A DNA stretch of 64,000 bases, taken from Naegleria gruberi. Lineage: Eukaryota. The translations under genes were made by a program, and so were the position numbers. Each line of letters starts with the position of its first letter. Position 1 is the first letter of the stretch. Below are positions 44,957 through 56,347 of this stretch, piece after piece. Below the pieces are notes generated by a model. The model was not told the origin of the DNA and searched no databases. It worked only from the letters and a program-made list of their open reading frames with translations. The stretch lies in the NCBI GenBank assembly GCA_000004985.1, contig GG738891.1; one strand, given 5' to 3'.

Positions 44957-47194
44957 ATGATGATGAACAGAAATAATTCAATTCTTTCCTACAGTTCGGA
45001 ATTTCATCATTATTTCGAATCAAGAGTGGGGAGTCTGCTCACTCTCGATCAAACCTTCCCAGCCAAATATTTAGCAAGTGATCAATATTTCGATGATAAG
45101 CCAACTCATTCCTTGATTACTTTACAAATAATTCCGAATTTAATTAATAATAGTAATGATGATGACGATGATCTGGTTGGTGATCAAAGAGGAGATGAAT
45201 TTACCATCATGATGAAGAATCGAGTGGAAAAGTACATTCAAGCAAGTAGGAAATTTAAGAATAACATTCCCTTGATGAAGTGCTTTGAAGAGGTGACTGA
45301 TGGTGGATCTACATTGACTTTACATTTGTGTTCCTTTCCATTCAATTTGAAAATTCAATCGGAAATGAATAACATGAGGATGATTAAGGAAGTGTTTCAT
45401 AGGAGAGAAGATTTGATAACTTTGGAAAAGTATTTGGAAAGTAACTATTCACTGGAGAATGATTATGGAATGTTGATTGGAATTTTACAGGGTTTGGCAA
45501 AATCTCTATTTGAGTTGCACTTCATTGGTAAATTGAGCCATAATAGTATTATACCAAGGAATGTGGTAATTTCAAGGAAGAATTCAACAGCTCTGATTGG
45601 ATTGCCATCGTTTGGATTGGATGATGTGGTTGGAACGTTGAATGATGAGCATTTGACCTATTTTTCACCTCAAGTTTTGGAAAGATTTGAAAATGGAGAG
45701 AAAACAGTCTTTTCCAATAGTAATGATGTATACATGTTTGGTACATTGATTATTAGGATATTATTGGGCGAGGAGTTTGATGCCAAGTATTTGGACACTG
45801 AACGAATGGATGGGGAATTGAAGGATTTGAAATCAAGAATATTGAAACAGCTCACTAATAATATGCCAATGAGGGAAATCTATGAAAATATAGCAGATAT
45901 GGCATTCAGATGTATTGACAGAAATGAATCTAAACGACCTTCAATAGCTGAAGCGTTTCAACTATTGGAGAAACAAGAACCAATAATCATCCTGCCATCT
46001 TCCGAGTCTGCACTTATCTCAAATTCCAGTTCTGAAACCCCAACTTTTACCGTATCCTCACGTTCATTCAATACCTCAAAATTTTCGCTATTTTCTAACC
46101 TTTTTGGAGTCAAGAAAAAGGACCGAGTGCCATCTTTAAGAAATGATGTGGTAAATGATGTATGTGATGACATATCAACAATTGAAAGTTTACCAATTAT
46201 TGTTCAGTGTGAAGAAAAGAAACTAGATGAAGAAGAAACAAAACCAGTGGAGAATCCAGAAGATTTGGATGAGGAAAAGAAGAAACTCTACATTATTGAT
46301 AAGAGAATTAGTGAGGGAGCTTCTGCTGTTGTGTTCACTCTCAAGAGACCTTCCGAATGTGTCATGAAGAGATACAAGAAAGGTCACGAATCGGATTACA
46401 AGAGAGAAATTAGATGCCTACAAAAACGTCATCAGAATATTGTTACCTTAATAGACAATTATTCATTTAAGGAAGGAGAAAATTTTAATCATGTAATTAT
46501 TATGGAATATTGTGGATATGGAGATTTGTATCGATTGGTATCAAGTAGTGTACAGAAAAGTGCAATCAAACCAATTGTAAGTTTTGTAATGGAAAGTTGT
46601 TTAAATGGAAAACAACAACATTTTAAAATAGAAATTCCTAACAATGGGTATTCAATTATTTGAGGCATTGTGTCACCTCCACTCTAACCAATATGTACAT
46701 TGTGACGTTGTAAGTTTCTTAAACCTTCTTAAACATTCTAATATTCTTTTAAGAAACCTGTAAAGCTTGGCGACTTTGCATTTAGTGTGAGAAATGGAGA
46801 AAGTTCACCAGGATTGACGTTCCACTATGCACCTCCTGAGCTTCATGAAGGAAAACCAGCCATCATTGAATGTGATGTTTACAGTGCTGCTTGTTCTCTA
46901 TTCGAAGTACTTGTAAAGAAGAAGGTTAGTTTGAAAGATAAGGATTTCACACAGGTTTGGGATCAACACAATGCCAATACTAGATTCTATTCCAGGACCA
47001 TGTCTAATCCTCATGCCATTAGATTGTTCAATCTGATGAAAGAATGCTTGGAGCCTGATGCGAAAAATCGATGCTCTTCAAAGAAGGTCCTTTCTGAAAT
47101 GATAGATATTCGAAACAATTTTTGTGCAACCCTTATTCAAAAGATATTTAGAGGATTTAGAGTAAGAAAGAGCCTTAAAAGAAGAATGAATTAA
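44957..47194 (+). CDS. Tandem pseudokinase-kinase protein with a C-terminal IQ motif: join(44957..46576, 46632..46709, 46754..47194), 712 aa
   Basis: Exon 1 holds a degenerate kinase-like domain and then a canonical kinase N-lobe (IIDKRISEGASAVVFTLKRP...VMKRYKK...IIMEYCGYGDLY). ATT|GTAAGT donor at 46577 and a 55-nt intron. A 78-nt micro-exon encodes KFLTMGIQLFEALCHLHSNQYVHCDV (catalytic loop H-C-D). GTT|GTAAGT donor at 46710 and a 44-nt intron. Exon 3 begins KPVKLGDFAFS (DFG equivalent), then APPEL, then IQKIFRGFRVRK (IQ). All exons are in phase 0. Confidence 0.7.
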
Positions 47195-47463
47195 CCTTCC
47201 TCTGTAAATATGCCAACGATTAAAAATTAATTGTAAAACTACAGCTAAAAAGTTTTTTTGATAGAGTATTTTGTGTGACCATTTTTATTAATTTTTTAAT
47301 ACTAGAAAGTGGAATCCCAAAACAGACGAATTACCATTATTTTGGTGGATGAATCCCAAATCAAGTTCTGGACCAAAAACAAGAATTTCACACCACTTAA
47401 GGTCCATCTTTTCACGATTACTAATTTAGAAAGCCAACCATATTTCAAAAACTTGCATATTTA

Positions 47464-48669
47464 TTATGAAAGAGAAACAATACTTTGTGAAGTGATAATG
47501 TCACGAGTGGAGGGCACGTTATCGTAGCTCTTTGAAACCATTCGTAATATTAACTCAACCAAATCCCTTCTGTGTTGAATGCATTTAGATAGACGTGAGT
47601 ATAGAGCTTCGTTAATGAGAGTTTCCTCTTCGTTTTGTTCGTAAAGTTGGGAAAGAATCAATTCCTTGTCCCTGCTGCAAATTTGATAGAGTGTAACACC
47701 CAAATGATAAACATCCATTATTAATTTCTTGTCATTGAATGAGTTGTATGCCTTTGGTAAGGTGAATCTCTTCTCAGAGTTGGATGCGAAGGATTGTTCT
47801 TTCCATCCAAAGTCAGACAATACTACTTCAATCAAGTCGTAATCATCATTGAATGTCTTGATAAAGATATTGTGTGGTCTGATATTACCGTGATGGAGAC
47901 CCTTATTATCATTCAGGAATTGTATAGCTTGTGTAATTTGTGAAATGACTTGAGCAATCATTTCGTCTGAGAGTTGAACATCTTCTTCGTCCATGAGTGA
48001 TTGTAAATTACCCATTTCAATGTATTCCATCTCCACGGCAACTGTTTTTTCACCAACAATAGAAGAATCATAAATATGTACAAAAAAGTCTTGATAATTT
48101 GGCAGGTGCATAATTCGCTCGAAATGGACATTCAATAATTGTGCTTCTTTAACCGTAGAGCACTGAATTAGTCTCAACACTTTGTATTGGGATTCGTGTG
48201 GGTGTTTGATAAGATAGAGGCATGAATTGCCCTTTCTGCTCAGCAATTCAACACTTTCGAATTTTGCAAAGTAATGTTCTTGCACTTCCCAGCATGATTC
48301 AAATTCAAGTTTAGACACAAATCTTGGGGATGCAACTCGTGGTTGTTCAGATATCGACTTGGTAAGCAGTGAAGAACCTCTTCTTCTCCTTCCTCCTGCC
48401 ATTGACATTCTATTCGAAACCATTCTTGCCTCCTCTTCATGTTGCATAATAGTAGCAAAGTTACAATCGAATAATGGATTAAACTGAGTAGTCCATTCCA
48501 AATTATTCTCATCATAAATTTCCTCATTGCTACAATAACATGTCGACGACGATAAACTCGACGACGAAGCAACATCTGGTGATAATTCCTTATTGATTAT
48601 TGGATTGGCTCTCACCGAGTGATGATTAGCAGCAATCTTGACCATCAACTTTTTCATCAAGTTAGTCAT
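47464..48669 (-). CDS. Protein-kinase-like protein (probable pseudokinase: HGN replaces HRD in LHHGNIRPHNIF; DFG is retained), 401 aa
   Basis: Kinase-fold motifs VAVEMEYIEMGNLQSL and LSDFGW are present, but the catalytic Asp is absent. Convergent with the preceding kinase gene. Confidence 0.6.
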   Translation of the reverse strand: MTNLMKKLMVKIAANHHSVRANPIINKELSPDVASSSSLSSSTCYCSNEEIYDENNLEWTTQFNPLFDCNFATIMQHEEEARMVSNRMSMAGGRRRRGSSLLTKSISEQPRVASPRFVSKLEFESCWEVQEHYFAKFESVELLSRKGNSCLYLIKHPHESQYKVLRLIQCSTVKEAQLLNVHFERIMHLPNYQDFFVHIYDSSIVGEKTVAVEMEYIEMGNLQSLMDEEDVQLSDEMIAQVISQITQAIQFLNDNKGLHHGNIRPHNIFIKTFNDDYDLIEVVLSDFGWKEQSFASNSEKRFTLPKAYNSFNDKKLIMDVYHLGVTLYQICSRDKELILSQLYEQNEEETLINEALYSRLSKCIQHRRDLVELILRMVSKSYDNVPSTRDIITSQSIVSLS

Positions 48670-49713
48670 TTTCTCTTACTAGTTATTTGTTGTTTATCTA
48701 CAATATTAATCTTTCAAAGCCTTTTTCTTATATGAACTCCGATGTAGTGTAAGTATCAATACAAAAAATATGAAACTCTAAAAGGTCGTTTTGTTGTGTG
48801 TTGTTTTTTTTTCTTCAAATTCTAAGAATGCTAAGCATTTTTCGCTCCTTAAACAGCAAAAGAGCGGCAATGTTGCTGAATGGAAGGATACTCGTCCAGG
48901 GCTTGTAGCCGTTCGTGGAGGTTTGCCATCTCACGAGAGAAATCGAGAGCAGGAAAAAATAAAAATATCGAAAGAGTTGGGAAAATGTCAAATGTTTGAA
49001 AAGTTTTGTTGCTATTTATAAAGATTGAATGACACATACCTTTGGTGGAGTTGGGGTGAACATTTGAGGAACAGAGTGCATTTGCAGAATTTTTGCTCAA
49101 GTAAATAATTGAAGTCAAATGACAAGTGACTGTTATTAATGTTGTAGGTCAATCAATTACGCACATTAAATTATGTATTGAATACTTCAATAATTGATGA
49201 GTAAGGATTGTTGTATGCAATTTTCAAGTCTTTTCATTGAGGTTGCAAATTGTTGAATAAACTCCTAAACTATTCGAAACTTTCCAGATTTAAATTTAGA
49301 TATGCGGTATTACATGCTTTATGTCCTTCTTCCAATAAACAGCTCCGGTGTCTTGGAATCAGAGCTGATATTTTGTGGAGTTAATTCCTGAATGTTTCTA
49401 AACAATTCGAACCTGTAGTCGAATTTGATTTATACACAACATGAATTCGAATAACTTTTAAGGTACACAAATTAGTTGAGCCAAAGGAAGGATGAACATG
49501 GGTACCCACTTGAACAATGTAACAGAGTTCCATCAAAATTTCCGAAGAAGAGCGAATCAACTAATGTAACCATACTTGGATGATTCAATTATTTGTTTCA
49601 TTCAATTCGTGTACTAATGAATATTTTTTCAATGTATTGAGGTAGAAAAATAGAGAACTCAATGGCAGATAGAAATTGAATACAAAATGTATTAACAGGA
49701 TTAATGAGGAATT

Positions 49714-50975
49714 CTATTCACAATTCATATCAAAGAATATATCTGAAAATGCACTTCTCCTTTCCCTCAAATTGCCAAAGAAATAGTCAAAATCTTTTGT
49801 AGAATTAATACGTCTTACGGCCATAAAATATAACTCATCAGAACCAAGCAACACAATAGTGTCATCATTTAGCTCATAAACTACCTTGCCATGAAATGTC
49901 GTGTATTGACGTTCTAATTCTTCTGGAATTGTGTAATTGATGAGCATTCTCTCATTCTTATCATATTCATATATCTTGAAGACATCGTTATCACCGTAAA
50001 GAATGAGAAAACTTTCACTTGTTAGATAAGGTTTGTTGGCTCCTCTCAAACAAATGCTCCTTGAGTATGAAGAATAACCATTTGTTTTAAGTAATTCAGA
50101 AACGGGTGTGCTCCACTCTCTAGTATTGAAATTAAAATCATGTAGGGCTGTTATATAACCAGTTGAATCATATCCACCAAATATTGTAATTCCATTTTCA
50201 GATATATAGGTATTAGGAGTAATAACTGTTAAGGTTGGGACTTTATGTGAGTATTTCGGCTGTGTCCATTCTCTAGTTTCCAAATCCAACTCATGGAAAT
50301 CATTCAAGTACGTTCCACAATACCCTCCATATACATAAAACTTTCCTCTACTCGAATATACAGCCGAACATCCACATCTTTTGCAAGGGTTTCCCTTTGT
50401 TACAATATTGGTCCATACTTTAGTTTGCAAATCAAAAGTCCACAAGTCATCCAAATGACCAATCGTATTAACATGTCCTCCATATAAATATATCAATTGA
50501 TGTTGTTTATCATATGAAATACATGGATATTCTCTAGCACATGGTTGGTCAGCTCCATTCGGAATAATTTCCTTCCAGACCAATCCTTCCTCTACTTTAA
50601 ATCTTGGATTTGATGGCAATTCCAAAATTACAATCTTATTATTGTGCGATCTTGAATTTGTCTCAGTTCCTTATCAAAATCAAATAGTAAATTATTCAAT
50701 CACGTGAATGATTTCCAAATCAACATATTAAATATATATTAATATAATCATCGCGATCAAAATTATTACACAATATTATAATTATTATTATTATTACTAA
50801 TATTAAAATACAAACCTCCAAACATGAACAAGATCGGAGAATGTGTCAATACATTCTCTGATCCCAATAACAATGAATGAAAATTTTCGGTCGGTTGCAA
50901 ATTGTGTTTATAATGGTGATACCAACGAATGGGTTCTTCGGTGGTGTGAATGTTTGTATTGTTTTCCTTCTTCAT
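49714..50975 (-). CDS. Kelch-repeat beta-propeller protein, two exons: join(complement(50816..50975), complement(49714..50669)), 371 aa
   Basis: The exon 2 frame has no ATG (the track start is TTG) and is preceded by an in-frame TAA. The upstream ORF (ATG 50975) ends MFGG|GTTTGT. A 146-nt AT-rich intron ends at acceptor ataAG 50671-50670. The splice restores Gly and continues ...KIVILELPSNPRF...LIYLYGGH. There are multiple Kelch blades (YLYGG, YVYGGY, TIFGGYD). Confidence 0.6.
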
Positions 50976-51067
50976 TTTTTTTTGATTTTGTAAATTCGGT
51001 AATCAATGAACTTGAAACTCTAAATTTGAAGTGAAATTTGGAATTTTGCAATGATGAAGGTATTAAT

Positions 51068-51120
51068 TGTGTTGTGAAAAATGTCTTCCAGAGGGTTAGA
51101 AAGACATTTTTCACAACACA
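51068..51120. repeat. Perfect 20-bp inverted repeat (hairpin) with a 13-nt loop in the intergenic region. The loop motif gagggttagaaa is repeated again 38 bp downstream.
   Basis: tgtgttgtgaaaaatgtctt (51068-51087) is the exact reverse complement of aagacatttttcacaacaca (51101-51120). The loop is ccagagggttaga. A second copy of gagggttagaaa lies at 51129-51140. Confidence 0.7.
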
Positions 51121-51494
51121 ATCATTCTGAGGGTTAGAAATTTGTGATACAATGAATGTTGTTCTTCTAATTGACCTCAATATAGAAAAATTCACAGAGA
51201 TGTCATCATTGATTGAGATTGAGTTACAAGTTCTGAAATTGAATAAAACTCTATAATTCTCAATAAATTATTATTCACAAGAATATTCAAATAGTTCCTT
51301 ATTCGTATTTTCAACTATCAAGAATTTCCATTTCAGTATTTTCAGCGTTAGGGGAGATAGCAAATGAATCCTCACTTTTTTATATTTTGGCCATGAACAT
51401 ATTTTCAAATTCCAATTAAGGATTCCATCCCGCCAAATTTGAAATTATCAGATGATCTACGAATCCCTTAAATTGGCGCCTCTTTTGGATCACA

Positions 51495-52067
51495 ATGAAA
51501 AAAGCAAAACAAAAAAAAACAAGCCAACAACACTGCCCTTTAACAAACTCAATCTTACGTAGTTTTAAGAAACCAAAAACACACACACCAATAATGGTTC
51601 TCCACTATTGTTCCCTCAATGAACGAACTCATGAAATTAGTGAGCAACAACAATCGTTTTCACTCCATCCCGAATCATACTTCTCCATGAATGAATATTA
51701 TTCGGAACGATCCAAGATTAGACACACACTCCACTTTAAACACAATAATCAAGTGCCCTTACCAATAAATTTCATCGACTCGGCAGGAATTGAACACCAG
51801 ATTACCATAAATTCGAGAGGGGAGAGTTATACGGCCCTATTTCCATGTCATAAGGAAATGGAATGGTACAGTGAGGATAGGCAGGTGACGAAATTGTACT
51901 CATCCAATAATTTTGTAATAGTTTCGTTTATTCACATCCCTGGCGGGTTGTATAGAAATCAATGTTTGGGAGTCGAGCTCAGACAATTCCATTGTACAAA
52001 TGATCAAGTGTATAGTAATGATTTGAAAAGATGGAAAAGTCTTTTTAATAATAAATTCGAGTTGTAA
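51495..52067 (+). CDS. Hypothetical 190-aa protein with a basic N-terminus
   Basis: ATG-initiated ORF. No domain recognised. Confidence 0.4.
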   Translation: MKKAKQKKTSQQHCPLTNSILRSFKKPKTHTPIMVLHYCSLNERTHEISEQQQSFSLHPESYFSMNEYYSERSKIRHTLHFKHNNQVPLPINFIDSAGIEHQITINSRGESYTALFPCHKEMEWYSEDRQVTKLYSSNNFVIVSFIHIPGGLYRNQCLGVELRQFHCTNDQVYSNDLKRWKSLFNNKFEL

Positions 52068-52125
52068 ATATCAAGTTGACCAGAACAATGTTAAATGTAA
52101 ATTTCTAAATTGATTCAAAAAAAAA

Positions 52126-54353
52126 ATGAATGAAAGTAAATCCAAGCCAGTTTCAAAGCTCGGAGATTTCTTGAAGAAACAATTAGAAACTGATCAATTA
52201 CAATTACAATTGATGAAAATTCTCTATTCGAATTGTTATAAAATTCACATGGAGAAGAAACTCCAGAAGAAAGCTCCACAAAAAAGCAATATAATAATTA
52301 AAATGACTGAACAGGAGAGAGGACTAAAAGATTTCTTGGAGATTGTGGACGAATGTACAGAGAATCAAGCTTGGTTTCCGCAACAAACGGTGAGCAAATA
52401 TTTGGATATTGGTGAGGAAGGTTGGACGATAATGTCTCACTGGATGTTGCCAATATTTAAAGTTTCTAATAGCGGATTGGAACTGGGATGTGAAACTTGT
52501 GGGAAATTACAATGTATTTCACAAGCTTTCGAACAATTTTTGACGAAACGAAACGAATTCGAAATGGACAATCAGACAGCTTTGCATCCATTCGAAAAAT
52601 TCGTGGATATTTGGTCTCAACCTAAATTACGTTCCATGCACAATACAATTTACAAATTGGCAGATCATCCATCTGCAAATGCATTTACGAAAGGTTTCTC
52701 CAACTGTACAATGACCTATTTCGTATTTTCTCGTGAATTACAAGGAGCAGATCCAAAGAAACATCAAACTTTGGTTGCTGTTCTAGAAGCTCTCACATTG
52801 AATAGTTCAATTTATTCGATTGATGTTTCAAACTTACTTCTCATTCACGATGCTGCAGTTAAGGCACTTTGTAACATGATTAGAAAGAAGAAGAATCTGA
52901 AACGAATTGTAATTTCTGATTTGAGTTTGGGGAAATCTTCATATAGTTTGGATATTATTAATGCTGTTTTGGAAGCTCCACTCCTACAAGAAATTTCCAT
53001 TTATATTTATGAAGAATTGGATAGTAATTTCAGATTTTTGGAAGGGGCTCCTGCAAGTTTAGTTTACAAATTGGGAAATCATCCTTTCAAAAATTTTACA
53101 TTTTCATTGCTTAATTTCAATTTTCCAATTCAGTCCTTGTCAATTTTAGAAGGAATGCTCAAAAATAGAAATTTGAAATATATAGAATTTAAAGTAGAGA
53201 ATAATGATGAATATAAGAAATATCAATATATTGACTATGTAAACAAGATGGGTAATTTGATTGGATCAATTGACGAATTTCACTTTCAAACATGTCACAT
53301 TCCAAATATTTCCCTCAATCAAAATCTGCACTTGCTGAAAAAATGTACAAATCCAAAGAAAAGACAGTATTTTATAGAAAATGACTTGTTGAAGGCCATC
53401 ATTAATGATGAATTGTATTCAAGTGTTGGTTCAGAATTCAATTTGAACTCTGATTTAATGCGAGAGTTTGGATTTTCACATGTTTCACATTTCTGTAAAT
53501 TTATAACCAAACTAGAACTTGATTTGAAAACTGATTTGAATGAAAATGAGTGGGAATTGATTTGTAGCGCAGTAATAGAATCTGAAACTTTGGAAGAATT
53601 GAGAGTGCGTAATGTGAATGTTTTACAAAAGAATAATCATTCAATTTTTCAAAATTGAAACACAATAATTCAAAACTAACTTGTTTGATTTTACAAAATG
53701 CTTACCAACCTGAAATAATTTCAGGCCCAGAATTGATTGCAGATGCAGCCAGAACTTTCCTTAATCATAACCACTTCCCAGAATTTAAAAAGTTTATCAT
53801 ACGAGGAACGGAATTTGAAATCAATTTCAAATGTATGGAAATAATTGTTGAATGTATCAACAAACATCCTTATGGATTGACTAGTTTGGAGCTTGGAGAG
53901 AGTTCGATCAAAGATCCAAATTGTACTGACCTATTACTGAAAGCCCTTTCACACAATATGACAATTGAAACAGTGGCTTTGTATGGTGCTGCGTTGAACA
54001 ATGTTGATATGTTTTCTGATTTTCTTATCACCAACAAGAGTGTGAAAACACTCAAACTTGATTATTCAGGACTCGACGAATATATTCCACAAGATTTGAG
54101 CATTGAGGATGATTTTGGAGCAAGCTTATTGAAATTCTTTGGATCTTTACAGTTGAATTGGAGAATTACAGCCATCGATTGGTTTTTAGAATATTATTAC
54201 AACACTTTCATTTTTGGAAGTGGAAATTATGTGGGTGAAAGATTTCTCGCCCAAAGAATAATGAAAAGGAATAAGAAACAAGTAGAAATTAACAAGTTAA
54301 TGGATCCAATTAGAAAAAAGATGCAATTCTCGGATGTGAAAATAATTCAGTAA
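52126..54353 (+). CDS. RNI-like leucine-rich-repeat protein. Two ORFs (52126..53658 and 53655..54353) are separated by a +1 frame change. Either one gene with an intron (candidate donor C|GTAATG about 53611, acceptor tttcAG about 53729) or a frameshift, or two adjacent LRR genes.
   Basis: Repeats of the ribonuclease-inhibitor type (L..L.L..N.I.......L...L..N..L) occur in both ORFs (e.g. LEALTLNSSIYSIDVSNLLLIHDAAVKALCNMI and LTSLELGESSIKDPNCTDLLLKALSHNMTIETVALYGAAL). The second ORF's track start is TTG. Confidence 0.5.
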
Positions 54354-54386
54354 TATTTCAAATTAAATTACAATAAATTACAAAGT

Positions 54387-55871
54387 TTAATGGGAAATGT
54401 AAGCAGCAGCTTCAAGGAATTGATCAAAAGAGAAGGTTGCTTGTCCAGTACTTTGCTTATCAAATAATTGGAATGAGTTTCTACAAATTCCAATAAAGAT
54501 AGTGAAATCAATATATTCAGCAAAGGAGAATGTACCTTGTTTGTCCTTATCAAAATTCTTGAACAATCTGTCAAGAGCAGATGGAGAAACTTGAACTCCT
54601 GAATATTGAATTGCTGTCTTGACTTCGTTCAAATCCAAAGTTCCACTTCTATTAGTATCAGTCTTTTCAAAAGCATTCTTCATGTTCATTAAATAATAGT
54701 GCAATTGTTCAAATTCATGGAAACCAATTTGACCAGAATTATCACGATCGAACATTTTGATCATCTTTTGAGTAACACTCTTATCAAAGACCATACCACC
54801 CTTTGACAAAACAGTTGATAATTCTTCAGCTGAGACTTGTCCGGACTTGTCAAGATCAACAGCATCGAACCAAGCCTTGAGTTGAGGATTTGGTTGAGTT
54901 TGTTGAATTGGCATGAATTGATTTTGACCTGGTTGTGGTTGTTGTCCAGTTTGACCTGGTTGTCCATATTGTGGTGGAACTTGACCTGGTTGTCCCACTG
55001 GTTGTTGACCAAATTGTGGTGGTTGTTGGCCAAATTGTGGTGGAACTTGACCTGGTTGTCCGAGTTGTGGATTTTGAGGTGGAACAGATGGTTGGCCATA
55101 TTGTGGGTTTTGACCTGGTTGTGGTTGTTGACCATATTGTGGTGGAACTTGACCTGGTTGTCCGAGCTGTGGATTTTGTGGTGGAACAGATGGTTGTCCA
55201 AATTGAGGATTAGTTGATGGAGGAACTTGTCCCATTGGTGGTTGTTGACCTGTTGGTGGAACTTGACCTGGTTGACCATATTGTGGATTTTGTGAAGGAA
55301 CAGATGGTTGACCATATTGTGGTGGTTGTTGTCCAGTTTGACCAGGTTGAGGTGGTTGTTGACCAAATTGTGGGGAAACTTGACCAGTTTGACCATATTG
55401 AGGTGGAACTTGTCCTGGTTGTCCCATTGGTGGTTGTTGTCCGTATTGAGATTGATTCATTGGAGGAACAGATGGTTGACCATATTGTGGATTTTGAGAT
55501 GGTGGAATTGGTGAGCTACTAACTGGTGGAGTAGTTTGACGAGGAACTTGTCCCATAGGTGGTTGTTGACCATATTGTTGAGGAACAGATGGCTGACCAT
55601 ATTGTGATTGTCCCATTGGAGGTTGTTGGCCGTATGGTGATTGTCCCATCGGTGGTTGTTGTCCATATTGACCATATTGTGATTGTCCCATTGGTGGTTG
55701 TTGACCGTATGGATGTTGTGGTTGGCCGTATGGAAGTTGTTGACCATATTGACCTCCGTATGGCGGTTGTTGTTGTTGACCATATTGACCGTATGGTTGT
55801 TGTGAAGAAGGAGGTTGTTGACCGTAGCCTTGAACTTGTGGTGGATGTTGACCGTATGGAGGTTGACTCAT
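54387..55871 (-). CDS. Penta-EF-hand (PEF) Ca2+-binding protein, ALG-2/peflin-like, 494 aa. The N-terminal roughly 325 aa is a P/Q/G/Y-rich tandem-repeat domain and the C-terminal roughly 170 aa is the PEF domain.
   Basis: The C-terminus has EF loops DLDKSGQVSAEEL, DRDNSGQIGFHEF, DTNRSGTLDLNEV and DKDKQGTFSFAEY, plus an odd fifth hand. The N-terminus has dozens of QYGQQPPMGQ / QYGQPSVPPQNP repeats. The ATG at 55871 was verified. Confidence 0.85.
   Translation of the reverse strand: MSQPPYGQHPPQVQGYGQQPPSSQQPYGQYGQQQQPPYGGQYGQQLPYGQPQHPYGQQPPMGQSQYGQYGQQPPMGQSPYGQQPPMGQSQYGQPSVPQQYGQQPPMGQVPRQTTPPVSSSPIPPSQNPQYGQPSVPPMNQSQYGQQPPMGQPGQVPPQYGQTGQVSPQFGQQPPQPGQTGQQPPQYGQPSVPSQNPQYGQPGQVPPTGQQPPMGQVPPSTNPQFGQPSVPPQNPQLGQPGQVPPQYGQQPQPGQNPQYGQPSVPPQNPQLGQPGQVPPQFGQQPPQFGQQPVGQPGQVPPQYGQPGQTGQQPQPGQNQFMPIQQTQPNPQLKAWFDAVDLDKSGQVSAEELSTVLSKGGMVFDKSVTQKMIKMFDRDNSGQIGFHEFEQLHYYLMNMKNAFEKTDTNRSGTLDLNEVKTAIQYSGVQVSPSALDRLFKNFDKDKQGTFSFAEYIDFTIFIGICRNSFQLFDKQSTGQATFSFDQFLEAAAYISH
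54895..55860. repeat. Coding tandem repeat (degenerate 30-45-nt units, ccatattgtgg(a/t)tgttg(a/t)cc... on the plus strand) encoding the PQ-rich arm of the PEF protein
   Basis: The repetitive nucleotide pattern is visible by eye. It generates the many overlapping alternative-frame ORFs in the track (54761..55396, 54837..55217, 55214..55522 and others). Confidence 0.7.
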
Positions 55872-56286
55872 TTTTTATTATTTTTATATTTGATGATCAA
55901 AAATGAACGCTCCCACACAACATTTTGTAAATGGGTTACACCACCAACTTGGTGACAAATCAAAATATTGACATCCAATAGAGAGATGAATACCTCACGT
56001 TGTCAACAATCGTGTGTTTAAATATTTATTAGATTTCTTTTGAGGAGTAATAATTGTGGAGGAGAGGTTGTAACATTTTTCGAGAGGAGGCCATGTTGTG
56101 CTGTACAAAGTATTTGGTGTTTTCGGAATCTTGTTCTGCTTTCCAGTGGGTGAGGTTCAATTCTGATGAACATTGATGAACCAGATGATTCACAGAATTG
56201 CTCAATAACTTTTGATTAGGTGTGTATATTACAAGTTGTCTCTTGAATTGATTTTCCTCATCACTGTAGGCACACATCACATAGAG

Positions 56287-56336
56287 NNNNNNNNNNNNNN
56301 NNNNNNNNNNNNNNNNNNNNNNNNNNNNNNNNNNNN
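56287..56336. other. Assembly gap (50 N)
   Basis: Run of n characters. Confidence 1.
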
Positions 56337-56347
56337 AGTCTTGTGAT

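Noticed and set aside
54895-55860. CRISPR-like regular repeat array
   Set aside because: The repeats are in-frame coding units of a eukaryotic PEF protein with degenerate lengths and no spacer/repeat alternation. No cas genes are present, and the genome is eukaryotic.
54761-55906. Numerous overlapping plus- and minus-strand ORFs (54761..55396, 54837..55217, 54935..55213, 55214..55522, 55308..55514, 55457..55783, 55559..55906)
   Set aside because: Alternative-frame artefacts of the tandem PQ repeat inside the PEF gene. They are low-complexity translations (HNMVNN..., LTWLW...) with no independent support.
56287-56336. N-run as a biological low-complexity element
   Set aside because: It is an assembly gap. 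The track ORF 56029..56415 translating it as X residues is an artefact.
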